Below, in pieces: positions 46,810-60,599 of a stretch of DNA of 64,000 nt (the first letter of the stretch is position 1; every line of letters starts with the position of its first letter). Source of the stretch: Lama guanicoe (taxonomy: Eukaryota); contig MU053934.1 in assembly GCA_013239625.1 (NCBI GenBank), forward strand, positions 8,143,352 through 8,207,351. Reading direction: 5' to 3'. The notes beneath the pieces are model-generated. The model worked only from the letters and a program-made list of their open reading frames with translations, was not told the origin of the DNA and searched no databases. A program made the translations under genes and the position numbers.

Positions 46810-48520
46810 GTTTGGGAAGATGATTTATGACACTGTTTCTGGGACGAGGGGATGAAGAGTGACTCCTTTATCCTGCTAGGCCCCTTTCAGTGGCATTTAG
46901 CACAGGAGGCTCGGTGTGGACACGGTGGAGACACAGGATGAAAGCGGTTGGATCCCTGAGTCACTCTATGGAAGAGCATTTCCCTGGAGCCTTGCCTGAT
47001 AGCATCATCTTCTCATGAGGGATAAACAACCCTTTGTTTTGAACTCAGCAGAGTCTATCCTGTCCTGGCTAATAATTGATGGTGCTGCATTTTAAAGCTA
47101 AAGTACAGGGCATTAGCTTTGTGGCTGGTGGTTGGCGCCGAGGACACTGATACTGCAGGCTGGGGGTTGGCGAGCCAGGTTATAAATGCTAACACATTTA
47201 CTTCAATCAGTCTGCATTCATTTACAAGCTGACTGAATGTGCAACACTAAAACAGGAGGCAAGAAAGCAGGGTATTTGTCCTAAGTCTGTCTTGGCTGTT
47301 GACTTACCTGCAACAAGATTTGCAAGGAAGATGTGAATTCGGGAAGGAAGTGGCTAGTTTGTAACCAGAAATCAAGAGAACTGAGAAATTCCAGAAATTA
47401 GGGGCTTAGTGAAATTGGAAAGCCCAAAATAACTTGGTACAGGGTTGAGAAAGCCATTGAACAGCAAAGACTCAAACTACCTTGGGGACAAAAGCAGATT
47501 AAAAAAGGTCCCAATAGACTCAAGGTAGTTGTCACTGTATTGTGAGTGAGACTTGGGGGCAAAAAGGCAGATAAGCAAAGTGGAGATCAATATTTCCAAA
47601 AGAACTCTTGGGTGCAGGCGTGGAAGATAGAGCTCACTGGAAACAAACAGATCAGAGGCTTAGTGATTTTTCAAGGAAATTGTGTTGTGAAAGAAACCCA
47701 AAACTTGGTCTAAAATAAGGCTTTGACTGTTTATGACTTAAAACAAGCCTTGAGTCCCCAGTCGTCCACGAGCAGGCAGCAGCTGAGAGTTTCATGGTTC
47801 CCAAGGATGGCGTGTTCTCCCATGTCCACTTCAGAGGATGACAGGGTGACATCAAGGGCGAGAGGGAACAAAGAACAAGGGGTTCCTCCCAGAGGAGCCT
47901 AATCAAGAAACGGGCACCCCCGATGGTGGGGGCCAGCAGCAGGGTTCCGGCATTGCTGCAGGGCAGTGGCCCTACCTCTGCTCTCCCCACTTCCACATGG
48001 AAGTGTTGGCTGCGGCTCTCCTGACCTGCTCCATCAGGGAACCCTGGGTCTGTACAGGAGGCTGATGATGTCTGCTTCAGTTCATAGATCCCCAGACCTG
48101 GAAGAAGTGGGTGTGGACCCTCTGGAGGGCACATGCAGGCCACTCACTCTAAGATCCGAGATTTCAAGCCGGATTCAGGGACCCACGGCAGTTGGAGAAA
48201 GCATGAGCGTGACTCGGATATTTGGGGCACCACAGGAAGACAGCACTGCCCAGTCCGCAGGGAGTTAGTTGGGGCCGCGTGGCTGGTTCCGAACAATGAA
48301 ATATGAGTGTAAGGGACACCTATACTTGCGAGCCAAAGCGCTGAAGGGCTGGTGAGTTTCCCTTACGCTCTGTCCTTCCTTGTCATGGCGACCCTGGAGC
48401 CCACGAGATGAGCTGATGAGGAACAGGAGGATGCCTAGATCCTGGGCACTATGTGGGAGGGGGTTCTCACCTTGCTTGAATGAGATGCATATTATGTTTT
48501 TTTATGCTTAGCCACTGGGT
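46810..48520. mobile_element. Degenerate ERVL/MaLR remnant (LTR-internal-LTR-like)
   Basis: ggatccctgagtcactctatggaagag...; purine-rich internal-like segment; second LTR-like end near 48420-48520. Confidence 0.4.
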
Positions 48521-48549
48521 TTATTTAAATTAGATTATTTTTGATTTTT

Positions 48550-51400
48550 TATCTAAACAATCCTATCATCTTGAGAGGTGACGTTTTAATTTCTTCCATT
48601 TCACTTCCACTCTTACAGTCTTTATTCCCTGTCTTTACCTTACAGCTGCCAGGGGGTCATACTCAACATTGGACTGAAGTGCTGACAGCAGATGTCATGG
48701 GCTTGCCCAATAGTTCAAGCATTAAGACTTGCAGGGTGTCTTCTGTAAGTTTTCATAGGTGTCTTTTGTCTGCTTTAAGAAAGTTCCCTTGTCCTCCCAG
48801 CTCGTCAAGCATTTTAAAACTTGAGTTGAATTTTCTGTTTTTTTCTGTGTCTGTTGAAGTGATCGTATATTTTTCTCTTTAATATGCTGGGGCTATGGGT
48901 TCTGTCTATTGTTTTCTGATGTTAAACCGACCTGACACTTCGGTGATACACCTGCTTAGGCCAGGCTGGATTTCGCTTGCTATCTTTCAATTAAAATTTT
49001 TGCATCTGTGTTGATGACTGAGACTCCCTTTGTCAGGTTTTGGTGTCAGTGATTGGTCATTCTGGCCTCATGAAATGAGCTGAGGTCATTTTATTCTCTT
49101 TTATGTTCACATTATGCTCTTTCCCCTGTGCTCTAGAAGCGCCTGTGTAAGACTGGCGTTACTTCTTCCTCAAATGTGCAGTCGAATTCACAAGGCCTGG
49201 GGTTCTCTTAGTGGGAAAGATTCAATTTGTTTAATAATCATAGGGTTCTTCAGATTCCTCTTTTTCTGGTCTTAGTTTCGGGAACTTGAACTTTTAAAGA
49301 AAACAATTCATTTCTTTTCCATCTTCAAATGTTTTAGATATAATTGTTTCATAATAGTCTTATCTTTTTAATGTTTTCTGGCTGTGTTCTGGTATCTTCT
49401 CTTTAATTTCTGATGTTGGGAATTTGTGTTGTCTTTTTTTTTCCTTGATGACTTTTGCCAAGAAGTTATAGATTTTATTAATTTTTTCTCCAAGGAATCA
49501 GCACTTTGCTTTGCTGATTGCCTGTTATGTTTGTTTTTTTGCATTAGTTTTGTGTTCCTCTTCAGTGTTCTTTACTTTTACTTTGTGTTTATTTGACTAT
49601 CCTATATTTAATTGGTGAGAAGTATGGCTAAATCATTAGTTTTCAGTCAGTTAAATTTGTATATCAGTTTGGGGAGAACTGATGTCTTTACCATGCTGTT
49701 GTTTAAGCCATGGACACAGTATGTCTCTTCATTTCTTTAGACCTCCTTTGATTTCTTTACTAATATATTAGTATATATGCTCTTAAGCTTAAATTTCCCT
49801 CCCAGCACTGATTTGACTGCATCACACAAGTTTTAACATGCATAATTTCTTTTGTGCTCAAATATTTCCTAATTGCATCATGATTTTTTCTTTGACTGTA
49901 GGCTACCTGTTTTGCAAACAAGTGAGACTTTCCTAGTTATGTTTTCTCTTCATAGTTTTCTATCTTAGTGGCATTGTGGTCAAATAATGTCCTTTGAGGT
50001 TAGTTGAAACTTGCTTAGTTATCCAGTATATGGCAACTTTTCACAAAGATTCTGTGCTTGGAAAAAATTTTTGTGTTTGTTGGATGCATTGTTCTATGTA
50101 TGGTCATTTGGCAAATTTCTTAATCATGTTCAGTTCTTCCATATTCTTACTGATTTTCCATCTGATCACCCTACCTGTTGTAAACAGAGCTGTCTTAAAG
50201 TCTCCTACTATGACTGTGGTTTTGTCTTCCTTTCCTTAGTTCCATCAGTTTTTGCTTTATGTATTTTGAGGCTATGTGTTATTAAGTGCATACAAATTTA
50301 ATAAGGTTTTCCTATTGAATTGGCTCTTTATCATCATGAAATATTACTCTATATCTTTGCTAATACTTCTTGTCTGTAACTCTAATTTATCTGATATTAC
50401 TATAGTTACACCAGCTTTTGGGGGGTTTGTACTTGCATAGTATCCTTTTCCCCATCCTTTTATTTTCACTTTTTCGTAAGTCCTAATATTGTAAATATCT
50501 CTTATGAATAATATATAGTTGATTTTGGAGGGAGGGCTTAAATCCAATCTGATAATCTTCATCTTTTAATTTAAGACCATTTCATTCATTTATATTTAAT
50601 GTGATTACTAAAATATTTGGTTTTAAGTATTATGTGCTTTTTGTCTTATTTCTCTCTCTCATTTTTTTTTTTGTCATGCCTTCTTTTGGATAAGTACATT
50701 TTGTCATGTTATGTTTCTCTTTATATTAGCTTGGAAGTTATTTCTTCTTTTACTATTATTTCAATGCTTCTCCTAAAGATTAAAAAATGCATTCTTAACA
50801 TATCCTAATATTATTTGGTACTTTCTTTCTTCCTGGACAATCCAAGGACCTAACCTTGTATCCTGTGATCTTGTAAACTCACTTACTGTTTCTAGAAGCC
50901 TTTTTTGTAGCTTCCTTGACTTTTTTTTTTTTTTTGGAAGCAATCATATCCTCTGCAAATAGGGACATTTTTAGTTTCCCTTTTCCATCTATGTGCCTTT
51001 TATTTCCATTTCTTGCCTTCTTTGCACTGGTTAGAACTTCCAGCAGCATCTCGAATAAAAGTGGTGACAACAGATCTCCTTGCCTTGTCTCTGATCTAAT
51101 TTGCCTTTAAACCCATTCATGGAGATCTTAATTTCGGTTATTATACTTTTTACTTCTACGGTTTCTAATAAGTTCTTTAAAAAATTTCCTCTATTATTTT
51201 TTATGGCATTAGTTTTCAGACATACTTTTATACATTTTGGGCACATTAAGTAAAGCTGTTTTGGAGCCTCTCCCGTGACCCGTTTGTGCTGTTTCTCGTG
51301 TCTATTGCTGCCCTGGCTGCCTGGTTACCTCTGAGGGTGAGCCAGACAGAATATATTTGATCAATTGTTTGTAGAAATATTTTGAAGCCCAGGGTGATGA
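48550..51400 (-). mobile_element. Old L1M fragments, antisense, AT-rich
   Basis: tttaagaaagttccct; tttggggagaactgatgtcttt; gtcttaaagtctcctactatgactgtgg; atcatatcctctgcaaataggg. Confidence 0.8.
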
Positions 51401-52550
51401 GCACTCTCTGGAGGAAGATAAGCGGATGGTGCTAGCAGTTACGTGGGTGTGCCAGCAATCTGGGATCCCGTTAATCCAATTTCAGAAATTGTGTGTCTCT
51501 GGTCCCCCAGATGAAGTGGAACGGAGCTGCCAGGGTGGGCCCACCCTTACTCCCATGGCACAGCCATTGGGGGGCCCAGTCCAACGTAGGGGTGCCAGAT
51601 CCCTCCCTCCAGCGGTCGCAGACTCCACCCCCTCCCCCAGCCTGCCAAGCTGGAAGACCAGGGCTCATCCTCTCAGCCTCCTCATTCAGAACCAATGAGT
51701 CCCCAGGGAAAAAGCAGCCCCAAGTGCCACCTCATTTTTCTGAGTGCCCGTCCTCTCCCAGGCCTCAAATTCTGAATTCTTCATTACTGGTATGCTTTCT
51801 AATGCCTTCCAGGAGTGTTAAAAAATACACGTGGCCCAGGGTTTCTAGCTGTTCTCATGGTGGGCGGGGTTGTGGGGGAGGCACAGTCTGAAGACCTGAT
51901 CTGGGGGGGTGAATGTTGGAGTGTGCCTTTCAGACTGGTGAAACGAAGGCATACTGGAATGCCGGCAGTGGTGGCCGAGCAGAGGGGAGAGCCATGATTC
52001 AGGAGAGAGGGAGTGTTGTAGATGGAGCCTGAGATGGGGCTCAGTGTGGACGGGAGCCTCAATGTGCCCCCAAGAACGTGCACACAGCAGCAATAGTGAT
52101 GTCAGTGCTACGGCCCTTTTCTGGCCCTTTCCCTGTGCCCCGGCCCGAGGTTGGTGGCGCTGGGGAACAGAGTGTGCTGAAAGTCTGGGCCATCAGATGG
52201 GACTCTAGCAGAGGGGATGGTGCTGCATCCCAGCAATTGTCCCCGACCAGCTGGTGGGCTCACAGCCCCTCCTGCTGCCCGCCAGTGCCCCCTTCGTGGC
52301 TCTGTCTCCTTTCCGACGCTGCTCTTGCTGCTTGGGAGGGGGTGTACATCTGGCCTCTCGATCTGCTCTGTCCTTGGTGCTGGACCCCCGAGTCCTTCGG
52401 GAGGGACCTGTGTGACCAGCTGCCCCTAATGCCGCCCCAGACCGCTCTTCAGCTGAGACCCTGGACCCTGATCCTCCGCCCTCCCCGACAGAGTGACAAC
52501 GAACATGACTGCAGGTTCCCAAGGGCACATTTTGAAACATGAAAGCAAAT

Positions 52551-52588
52551 TTTAATACAGGGGACAGCTGACGTGACACTCCTTTATT
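52551..52588 (-). terminator. SHISAL1: Poly(A) signals AATAAA (52583-52588) and ATTAAA (52551-52556) on the minus strand
   Basis: tttatt and tttaat on the plus strand within an AT-rich unique segment. Confidence 0.7.
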
Positions 52589-55500
52589 AAAACCTAAGGA
52601 CATCTTTATAAAAACTACTGTATATAAAGACAAAAGCAGTGCAACAGCGGTCCGTGTAAAACACATCATCATCATCATTACATTATATTAGTATTATTAG
52701 TATTATTATTATTAGGAATATTATTGGTTTTTGGTTTTCCCGGGTATCAGCTCTCAGAGAGGCCCCACGCCTGCTCACGTGAAGTGGGGGTTTACAGGGG
52801 AGAGGGACGAGTCTGCCCCACCGTGCGTGCGTGCCCTTGCCCGGCTGACCCTGGGGAGGACACAGCGACCTGGAAGGGGCCCTGATTTGTCGGGGTGACT
52901 GAGCCTCTCCCTCCACGGTCCCCACTCAGTTACTGCCCATCACCCAAACCCTGTTAGGTTCTTTGACTGTGCTGTATCCCATTAGCTTTCACCTAGAAGA
53001 CGGGAAAGAGACAGGGAGGAACCGAGGTGAGAACCCGAGGCGGGCTTCCAAGAAGAGCTTCTCTCGGGGCCCAGTTTGGTTGCAGCTGTGGCCACACTGG
53101 ATGCCTGTGGAGGCTGTGTGGTCTGTACCTTTGGATCACGTGAGTGGTGATCCCCCACTAGCATTCCCTGACTTTGATGGGATCCTGCACATTTTGGAGG
53201 GCAGTTTAGGGCAATTCATAGGGCACATCCCTGCCAAACCCAGGGTTGCTGTTCACAGCGCTGCCGATAGAAACGGTGCCCCTGGGAGGTGGGCACTGCA
53301 GCAGCCCTGAATGTCAGTCTGTCAAGGGCAAATGAGTTAGGGCTTTGATGTGATGATAGGAGTTTTAGGTACAGTGTGACTAATAGTCAAAGCCCCTCAC
53401 TCACCAAGCATCTATCTAGCACCAACTCTCCAGCAGCATCTTGGACTGGAAACTTGGGGGCAGGGATGGGGGTGGGGACAATGCCACCTCCAAGGTCACT
53501 TATTCTCTTTGTGGATTCGAGCATCCTTAACTGTTAGGCACAACTAGTCATTTCACAAGTGATGCTAGCCTCTCCCTCAGACACTGCCTGTTCCCCGACA
53601 TCTCCAGCTACAGCAGGAACTGCTCCCAGCTGGGCCCTGGGTACGGAGCTGGCTAAATATTTGTTGGTGAGATGAATGGATGCATGCATGAACAAATGGA
53701 TTTTCTCAACAGTTGAATTTTCAGGCCAGGGGCCCCCAGAGCTGCCTGCACTCACCTGATGGCCGCCTGGTGCTGCGCTTGTGCTGCAAGGTGGGGCTGG
53801 GGAGCCTGGCGTGGCGTTGGCCACAGGGTAGGTGTGCTGTGTTTGTTTCCTGGAGGGGACAGGGCATCACCCCAGCCTGGTGATGTGTTCTGGGGCTGCA
53901 GGTGGCAGTGACCAGAGTGTCACCCACTCGTTGGGTGGTTGGCCACCCCTCTGACTTTTCAAGTCTGTGAGGACCAGGTAGCCCCTGTCTGATGCTCAGC
54001 AGGTGGACGGGAAGATAAGAGTCCCCCAAGGTGGCCTCTTCCATTCCAGGCCCAGAGAGGGGGGCCCAGACAGATGTCTCTCTGCAGTGACATGGCTGCC
54101 CCTCAGCATTGACCAGAAATGCCCCCAGCGACTCCATGTGGGGCTCTTATGCCAACTTGGATCGCTAAGTAATCTGCAAATTCACTCTGAAGGCCACCTC
54201 AGGCGTGACTCTTCCAGTGGGTGGGGACCCATCAGCCAAGCTGAACAAATTAAACCAATACATGTTTTAAACGTCAGTGACTCTAGGAAACTTGTCTTCT
54301 TTTACAGCACAACCTCTAGTAGACATGGTGAATGGGGTGTCCGCAGAGCCAGGGGACAGGGCCTGGGCAGGGACAGCGGTCTGGAGGGACAGCGAGGCCC
54401 GGGGTCCTGGCTGGCGCGGACGTGGGTCTGGGGATCTCCCGGGTGTGTGGGAGATGGTGCCTGGCCAGCCCCACTGTCTCCTTGTGACTGGAGTGGCTGA
54501 AACGCAGTTTTTGATTTGATGGGGAGCTGGGAGGCATCTCTCGGCAGAAGGAGCCTATTACCCCCCAAACCCCTGGTCATGTTTTCCCTGATGACCCCGC
54601 ATCCTCCTTTCCAGGCCTGGTGCTGAGTTTGCCCAGAGAGTTTTTTGGATGATGAGGGAAAATGCCACCCCTCCACCAGGAATGCTAGCTGCCTCCCTGC
54701 TATTTCTTGAAAACATCAGATTGGACCATCAGAGAGACTGGATCTACCTGCAAAAACTCACGTGTGTGCATTTGTGCGTGCGCATGTTTGTGGACGTGTG
54801 TGTGCGTGTGCGTGTGTTTTCAGTTAAGGCCTGTTCCTTCCTGGTCCCGGTCAGGGTCCTGTGTCTGCCTGGCAGCTGGTGGCCCCAGGCCTGTCTGCAC
54901 TAGTGAGCTGCTCCTTGAGGGGCAGGGGGACTACAGAGGTTCAGGGAGGGCAGAGAGGCCCACGGGGGCTACCAGCTATCGGTTCTGAGCAGAGAGTCCC
55001 AGACATACAAGACACTAGACACGGAAGAGAAGAAAAGCATAAAACTGCTCGTTAATAACACACAGTTCCCAGTGGGGAAAAGTCCTCACAGATACAGGGA
55101 GTCAGCGACGTGAGCCAGAGACAAGTTCCTCAGTGGACGGATTGCCAGCCTTTTCCTCTTTTTTTGTTTTTGTTTTTGTTTTTCTGTGTTATTATTGTTA
55201 CTTTTACAGATAGCCAGAAGCTCACAGTAAAAAGTAAAAGTAGGCAGCTTGAAAATTCAGGTTAGGGAGTCACTAAAAATCGTGAACTCTGTAAATCTCT
55301 ACTTGAACTTGTCACTACCCTGCGTCTCATCCTTGGGACACTCTAACTGGCACGTCTGCCGGCCGCGGTAGGATGGAGGCAGGTTTTCATTGGGACGGTC
55401 CGTGACCTGGGGTCTTGAGGGGCCCTTGACAGTGGGTGGGACTGAACTGCACCTGAGTGACTTCTGGACGTGTGCTCACACCCATGTGCACTGCCCTCGC

Positions 55501-56439
55501 CCCCTCAAGCACTCGGAGAGGCAACGAGTGTTGGCACCTCCCTCCCACGCCCCCACCTCACACACTTGACAGGGGAGGCTCAGAGAGGTGACGCGATTGG
55601 CCCGAGCCCACCCGGCCGGGAAGGGCAGTGCTGTGGGTCCCTGCGCTCTGTCTGCACCCAGGCTGCCCTGTGTTGGATTGCTAAGTCTGGGATGTGTGCT
55701 GAGCTACACAGTGCGAGGCCGCCCGCTCACAACTGAGTGTTCAGACCCCCAGCCTGGCGGTAACAGGACACCTCCACGGCTCGTCGGTCACTCCCGGAGA
55801 GACCGCTGGTGGGGCCAGGAGCAGCATCTCGCAAGTTCTCAAGCTCAGGGATGCAAATCAGAGGAATCCTGACCCCGGCTGGTCTCTGTGACAGTGACCT
55901 CTGGCTCCAGTGATTGGGTCCGGGAGGCAGGGCCACCTGCTCCTTCTCAGCAGATGAAGCGCCTTCCAGAACCGCAGGAAGCCAGAGATGCAGGCCTCCT
56001 AAATATCTGGCCTGATTCCTTCCTTTTAGTGTTAGGGCCACCAATGGCAGAGAAGGCACGGGACTTGCCTGAGGTCACACTGTTCTCAGTACAGAGCTGT
56101 TGTCAGATTCTGGGTCTGTGCCCAGTCCCCTCTCCCCAAGGCTTGGGTTCCTCTGACTCACGGGGCTCTGCACAGAGGATGCAGGTGTGATGGGATAGAG
56201 CTGGGCTGAATGGCTGCTGGGCATACTGTCCCCCCAGCGTCCCCCTCCAACCCGGGCCAACCCCAGCCCAATGGCTGCCCTGCACGGCCGAGGCCCTTGG
56301 GCAGGTCCTGGGATGACTCACCGTCCAGGGAAAAGGGAGCTGTGCCTATCCCCAATCAAGACCCTAAGCAAAGGTTCTCCCGCTTTGCCTCTGCCAAGCT
56401 GTATGCCTTGGGGGCCCTGGCAGCGCTGCCTGGAGGAGA

Positions 56440-57550
56440 TGGGACTGAAGCCCTGGGCCTCAGCTTGCCCATGTGACCTTGGGCAAGCCACCTGACCTGT
56501 CTGAGTCTCCGTGTCCTAGTCCATGAAATGGGGGAGAATCCCTTCTTTATGGGCTTTGAGAGGATGAAGAGCCAGGCTGGATGGAAAATGCCTGACGCCC
56601 CAGAAAGTTCTTTCTGCCTTTCAGAGGATGGGCGGGTGTTACCCGCAGCCTGCGGTGACTCACAGCAAACCACAGCTCACAGGTTCTCTCTTCCCCTCCT
56701 CTCTTTCCACCCTTCCGCTGCCTCCCAGACAACCTGGGTCTCTGAGTTCCCTGAAACCATCAAGCCCGTGGCTGCCCCAGGGCCTTTGCACCAGCTGTTG
56801 CCTCTGCCTGGCGTGCTCTCCTATCTTCAGTGTCCATGGCTGGCTCTTGCTGACCATTCAGGTCTGGGCTTCACTATCACCTGCTCAGAAAAGCCTTCCC
56901 AAGCTCACCAGGACCCTTGCTAACACTGTTTGGACGGAATTCTCGGTCAGCTCAGTGCTCACCAGTCTTGCTGTCTTCCTTACTCATTGCTCATTTCTTC
57001 CCTGGCCTCTCACCCCAGCTAGAACACCAGCACCACGAGCAGGGGCCTGCCTGCTCCCTGCTGCGTCTGACGGGCAGACGGTCTGCGGGAGAACACTGGG
57101 TCCGGCTGAGTGAGATGCCTCGAGCAGAGGGGACACACGCTTGTGGAGGAGGGCCCGCCGAGCTGGGCGTCGGGGGAGGTTTTTGGCATCACTAACACCA
57201 GCGGAAAGAGGGTACTTACACTGCCAGCTTGGCCCTTGGGGATTTACGTGATCATTTCTCAGGTAATGCCCATCCGTGGGTGTGCCCCGGGGGAGTGGGG
57301 TGCGTGGCGGTGAGCTCTGTGGATGGATGTTATGGGCTCCAGGTTTGTGTGGCAGTCCCAGCTTCCAGAACCATCCCCTCTGCGTTTCCACAGTGCTCAT
57401 CACTCTGTCCAGCAAAGATCTGTGTCTGCCTCTCCCACCAGATGCTGGCTCTCCCTGGGGCAGGGACAAGAACAGCCTGGCACATCTCCCGTCCCCACCA
57501 CTGCCCAGCATGGGGCCTGGCACACAGCAGGTGCTCAACCAGAATGTGCC
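56440..57550. mobile_element. MIR plus L2 fragments inside the putative SHISAL1 3' UTR
   Basis: tgtgaccttgggcaagcc; cagggcctttgcaccagctgttgcctctgcctgg; gggcctggcacacagcaggtgctcaa. Confidence 0.7.
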
Positions 57551-58087
57551 ATGTGTATGAGGGTTCTGGGGCAGTGACAGTGGAGAACTTGGGGCGATGG
57601 CCCCTCCACCGAGAAGCCACTGGGGAGACCCGGGCTGGGGAGCTTGAAGTTTGGGTTCTTATACCTCTGAGGTCAAACAGAGGGCCTTGCCTCCTGCCTG
57701 TGAGTTGTGGGCTGTTTTTGCAGGCAGTTCATCCCACCTGCCTCCCAGGTGATGAGAGAGGGTGTATGTGAAGACACGTCCCCTAGCGCCTGCCCCGGGG
57801 ACGGCCTGAGAAGCGTCTCTCAGGATCACTGTCATTATGGAAACAGAATCTGTAAGAACGAGCCCCCACTGGCATTTGCAAATCCCCAGCACCCCCTGAG
57901 GCACAGTGGGGCTGTGTCCCGTGCTGGCCCCTCCATCTCGCTCACAGCCGCCAGCCGCAGCAGGAAGCTGGAGCCCGGACGCTGGCCCGGAGCCCCGCCA
58001 CAAGGTGACCCATGCCCACGAGGGAACTTGGGGGCACCCCAGTAAAGACCAAACAAACAAAAAGGACACCCCAAATCACGCACCAGA

Positions 58088-58118
58088 CACGCACACGCAC
58101 ACACACACACACACTCAC
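58088..58118. repeat. (CA)n microsatellite; reads (UG)n in the minus-strand mRNA
   Basis: cacgcacacgcacacacacacacacactcac. Confidence 0.9.
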
Positions 58119-58976
58119 AGTCGATGCTCTGACACGGATAGGCCCAGGGGCCCCTACGGCAGGAGCGGAGGCAAGGGAGCCACAGGCGCGACACGCAGGC
58201 CTGAGCCCTCCCGGCCTGGCTGGGCCAGAGCAGCTGTGCCGCCATCCTGAGTCCGCGAGGGCGCCACCTCTCAGAAGCCACCAGCCCAAAATGGGACTAT
58301 TGCTTGCGGACGGGTGGCTCAGAAGCCCCTCCCTGCACCCCTGGCCCCCACCCCTGAGTTTGCTCCTCATCTTAGAAGTTCGCGGAAGGGGGTTTGGGCA
58401 CAGGCAGCATTTCCTCCTCCGCCACCACCGCGGCCGCCTCGACTCTCCCTGGCGTCTCATTGAAGGTGCTCTTCTTGGAGGCTGAGCCGGGTGCTTCGGG
58501 CCTCACCTCCCCCATCCTGAGGCACGGCAAAAGGGTTTTCTAGGGAAGCAGAAGGAAACAAAATATCACATGGTGTCTCCTCCATGGGGACGCACTGGAG
58601 ACACTTCTCTCGGGCCTCAGTGCCAGGAGAAGCCAGGTTTTCTCTGAGCACATGACCTGTCTTTGTTTCTGGATATTGAGAACCATTTGGCTTGAAGGCT
58701 GGAAGCAAGGCAAGCAGGCACGCCATCACTATGGTTCCGTACAGCACTAGCGCCCCGGCCCATGCAATAAGACAAGAAAGAAGCATAGAACGTCAGGAGT
58801 GGAATAGGAGACTCCTAATTACCATTATTGGCAGATCATGTACATAGAAAATCCCAGAGAATCAATAGGCTGATTATTAGAACAGAGAGTACAGACATAA
58901 AGATATAATTTTCCATCTGTGAGACATCAGATCAACTTATAAAAACCAACAGTGTTTTTTGACCTCAACAATTATC

Positions 58977-59101
58977 AGGGTGATTATATGTCTCGGCCTG
59001 GGACAGTCCCAGTTTACACTGTTTTGACATAATTTTTAATATTGTTCCCCTTTCACCCTCAAAAGTATTTTAATTTGGATGACAAACCATATGGTCACCC
59101 T
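58977..59101. mobile_element. MER94-like hAT MITE within an L1 fragment
   Basis: Terminal inverted repeats agggtgattatatg ... catatggtcaccct; internal gggacagtcccagttt. Confidence 0.8.
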
Positions 59102-59939
59102 TGCTCTAACAAACTAGAAAATATGAATAACAGATACAGAAATCCACTCGTAATAATAAAAAAAATCATTATGAATCTTGGAATCATATCACTGGATGTG
59201 ACTGCATCACACAAAGCCGCGGAGAGGAAATCAGGACAGTCCTGACGCACAGACGAGCCAGGAGATCAGTGGGTAAGACGAGCCAGGAAATCAGTGGGTA
59301 AGATCAAGAGAGCAAACACCAGCCCATGGAGCACCTACAGCTTTGACTGGCAGAGCTGAGCTGCCTTTTCCCTTTCTGCTCTTGAGATCACCTCCAAACA
59401 AGGATAATGATACAAACTCCATCTGTGGCAGGCACAGTGAACCCCCTGGCCTGTGTCCATTTATACCCAGTCACAAATATTCACCTTCCCATACCCCCTA
59501 GCAGACAGGAGTGGTCCCAAGGCCCACTCTGGCCAATGTCATATAAGAGGAGGTCTACAGGGAAGGGGACATGGAGCCAGAGGACGAACATGAGAATGAA
59601 GGACCCTCACTAATGCGGGTGGGGCGGGAAGCAGTCCCAGGCTGCCCACCTCCGTACCACTGCAGCTGGGTTTCTGCTACTTGCAAATGACACAGCTATT
59701 AACTAACAAGCCATCTTCAACCAAGCTCCAGTGCGTGTTCCAGCGGCAAGTGAAGAAGCTGGGGGAGGGGCTCTGGCTTCACCAGCAAAGCCCAATTTTC
59801 CAGAGTGAGTGATATTTCAAAGGGCAGAGCCAACACCTCACTCTGCATCACTGGGCTCTGGGTGAGAGAGTCCAGGGAGCTGTCTCCTTTACTTCACAGA
59901 GCAAAGCCAGAGCCCCCATCATCCACTTTATCCTTCTCC

Positions 59940-60125
59940 AGAGACTTATCGCTATGCAGCACACCAAGGATTTTACTTACTGGTCTAGTTTATTGTTTGT
60001 CTCTCCCAAATCAAAGATTAGCTACACGAGGGCCAAGGTATTTGTGTGTTATGTTCAGTTTTGTATCGCCAGGGTCAGGTGCACAGTAGGGACTTAATAA
60101 ATATTTGTTGAATGAAAGAATGAAC
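59940..60125 (+). mobile_element. L2 3' end
   Basis: gcacagtagggacttaataaatatttgttgaatgaaagaatgaa. Confidence 0.8.
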
Positions 60126-60599
60126 CAAGAATTTAAAGCCCAGATGAGCCATCATTTAAATATGAGGTCAACAGAACAACTTTTTGAACACATTTTGGAA
60201 TTCGAGTTCCCATGAGCCCTTCTTTATAATAGAGGATGCACTTAGGGTAACCAAGGGTACATGGAGTAACTCTGGCAAGAGCACTGGCGATGAGAATCTA
60301 TTCAGTTTTAGGACTGTGTCTGAAACAAATCTAAGAATCGTGACTGCTGTAGAAAAGAACAAAAGAGAAAACAGAGAACTGATATAAATGATAGTAGGAG
60401 GGGTGAAGCTCTGAAGGAGGGAGGTAATATACGTAAACTATGTCTTATTTATCCACTGCTGGGAGTCCAAAAAATCATTTAGAGATGGAAGTAACATCAG
60501 AGGTAAATGGAAAAGCTAATAGAATCAGCTCGAATCATTTGGTGGAAGGGAGAGATGGGGAGGGAAAGCAGAAATATTCTAATCTGGGCATTGGTCATT

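Larger units (their letters stand above)
52530..58539 (-). other. SHISAL1: SHISAL1 (KIAA1644) terminal exon, ~6 kb, almost entirely 3' UTR
   Basis: Minus-strand acceptor ttttgtttccttctgcttccctag|AAAACCC at 58540/58539; minus-strand AATAAA 52583-52588; synteny downstream of PARVG and recalled similarity to the start of the human 3' UTR; no coding exon in the window to confirm. Confidence 0.75.
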
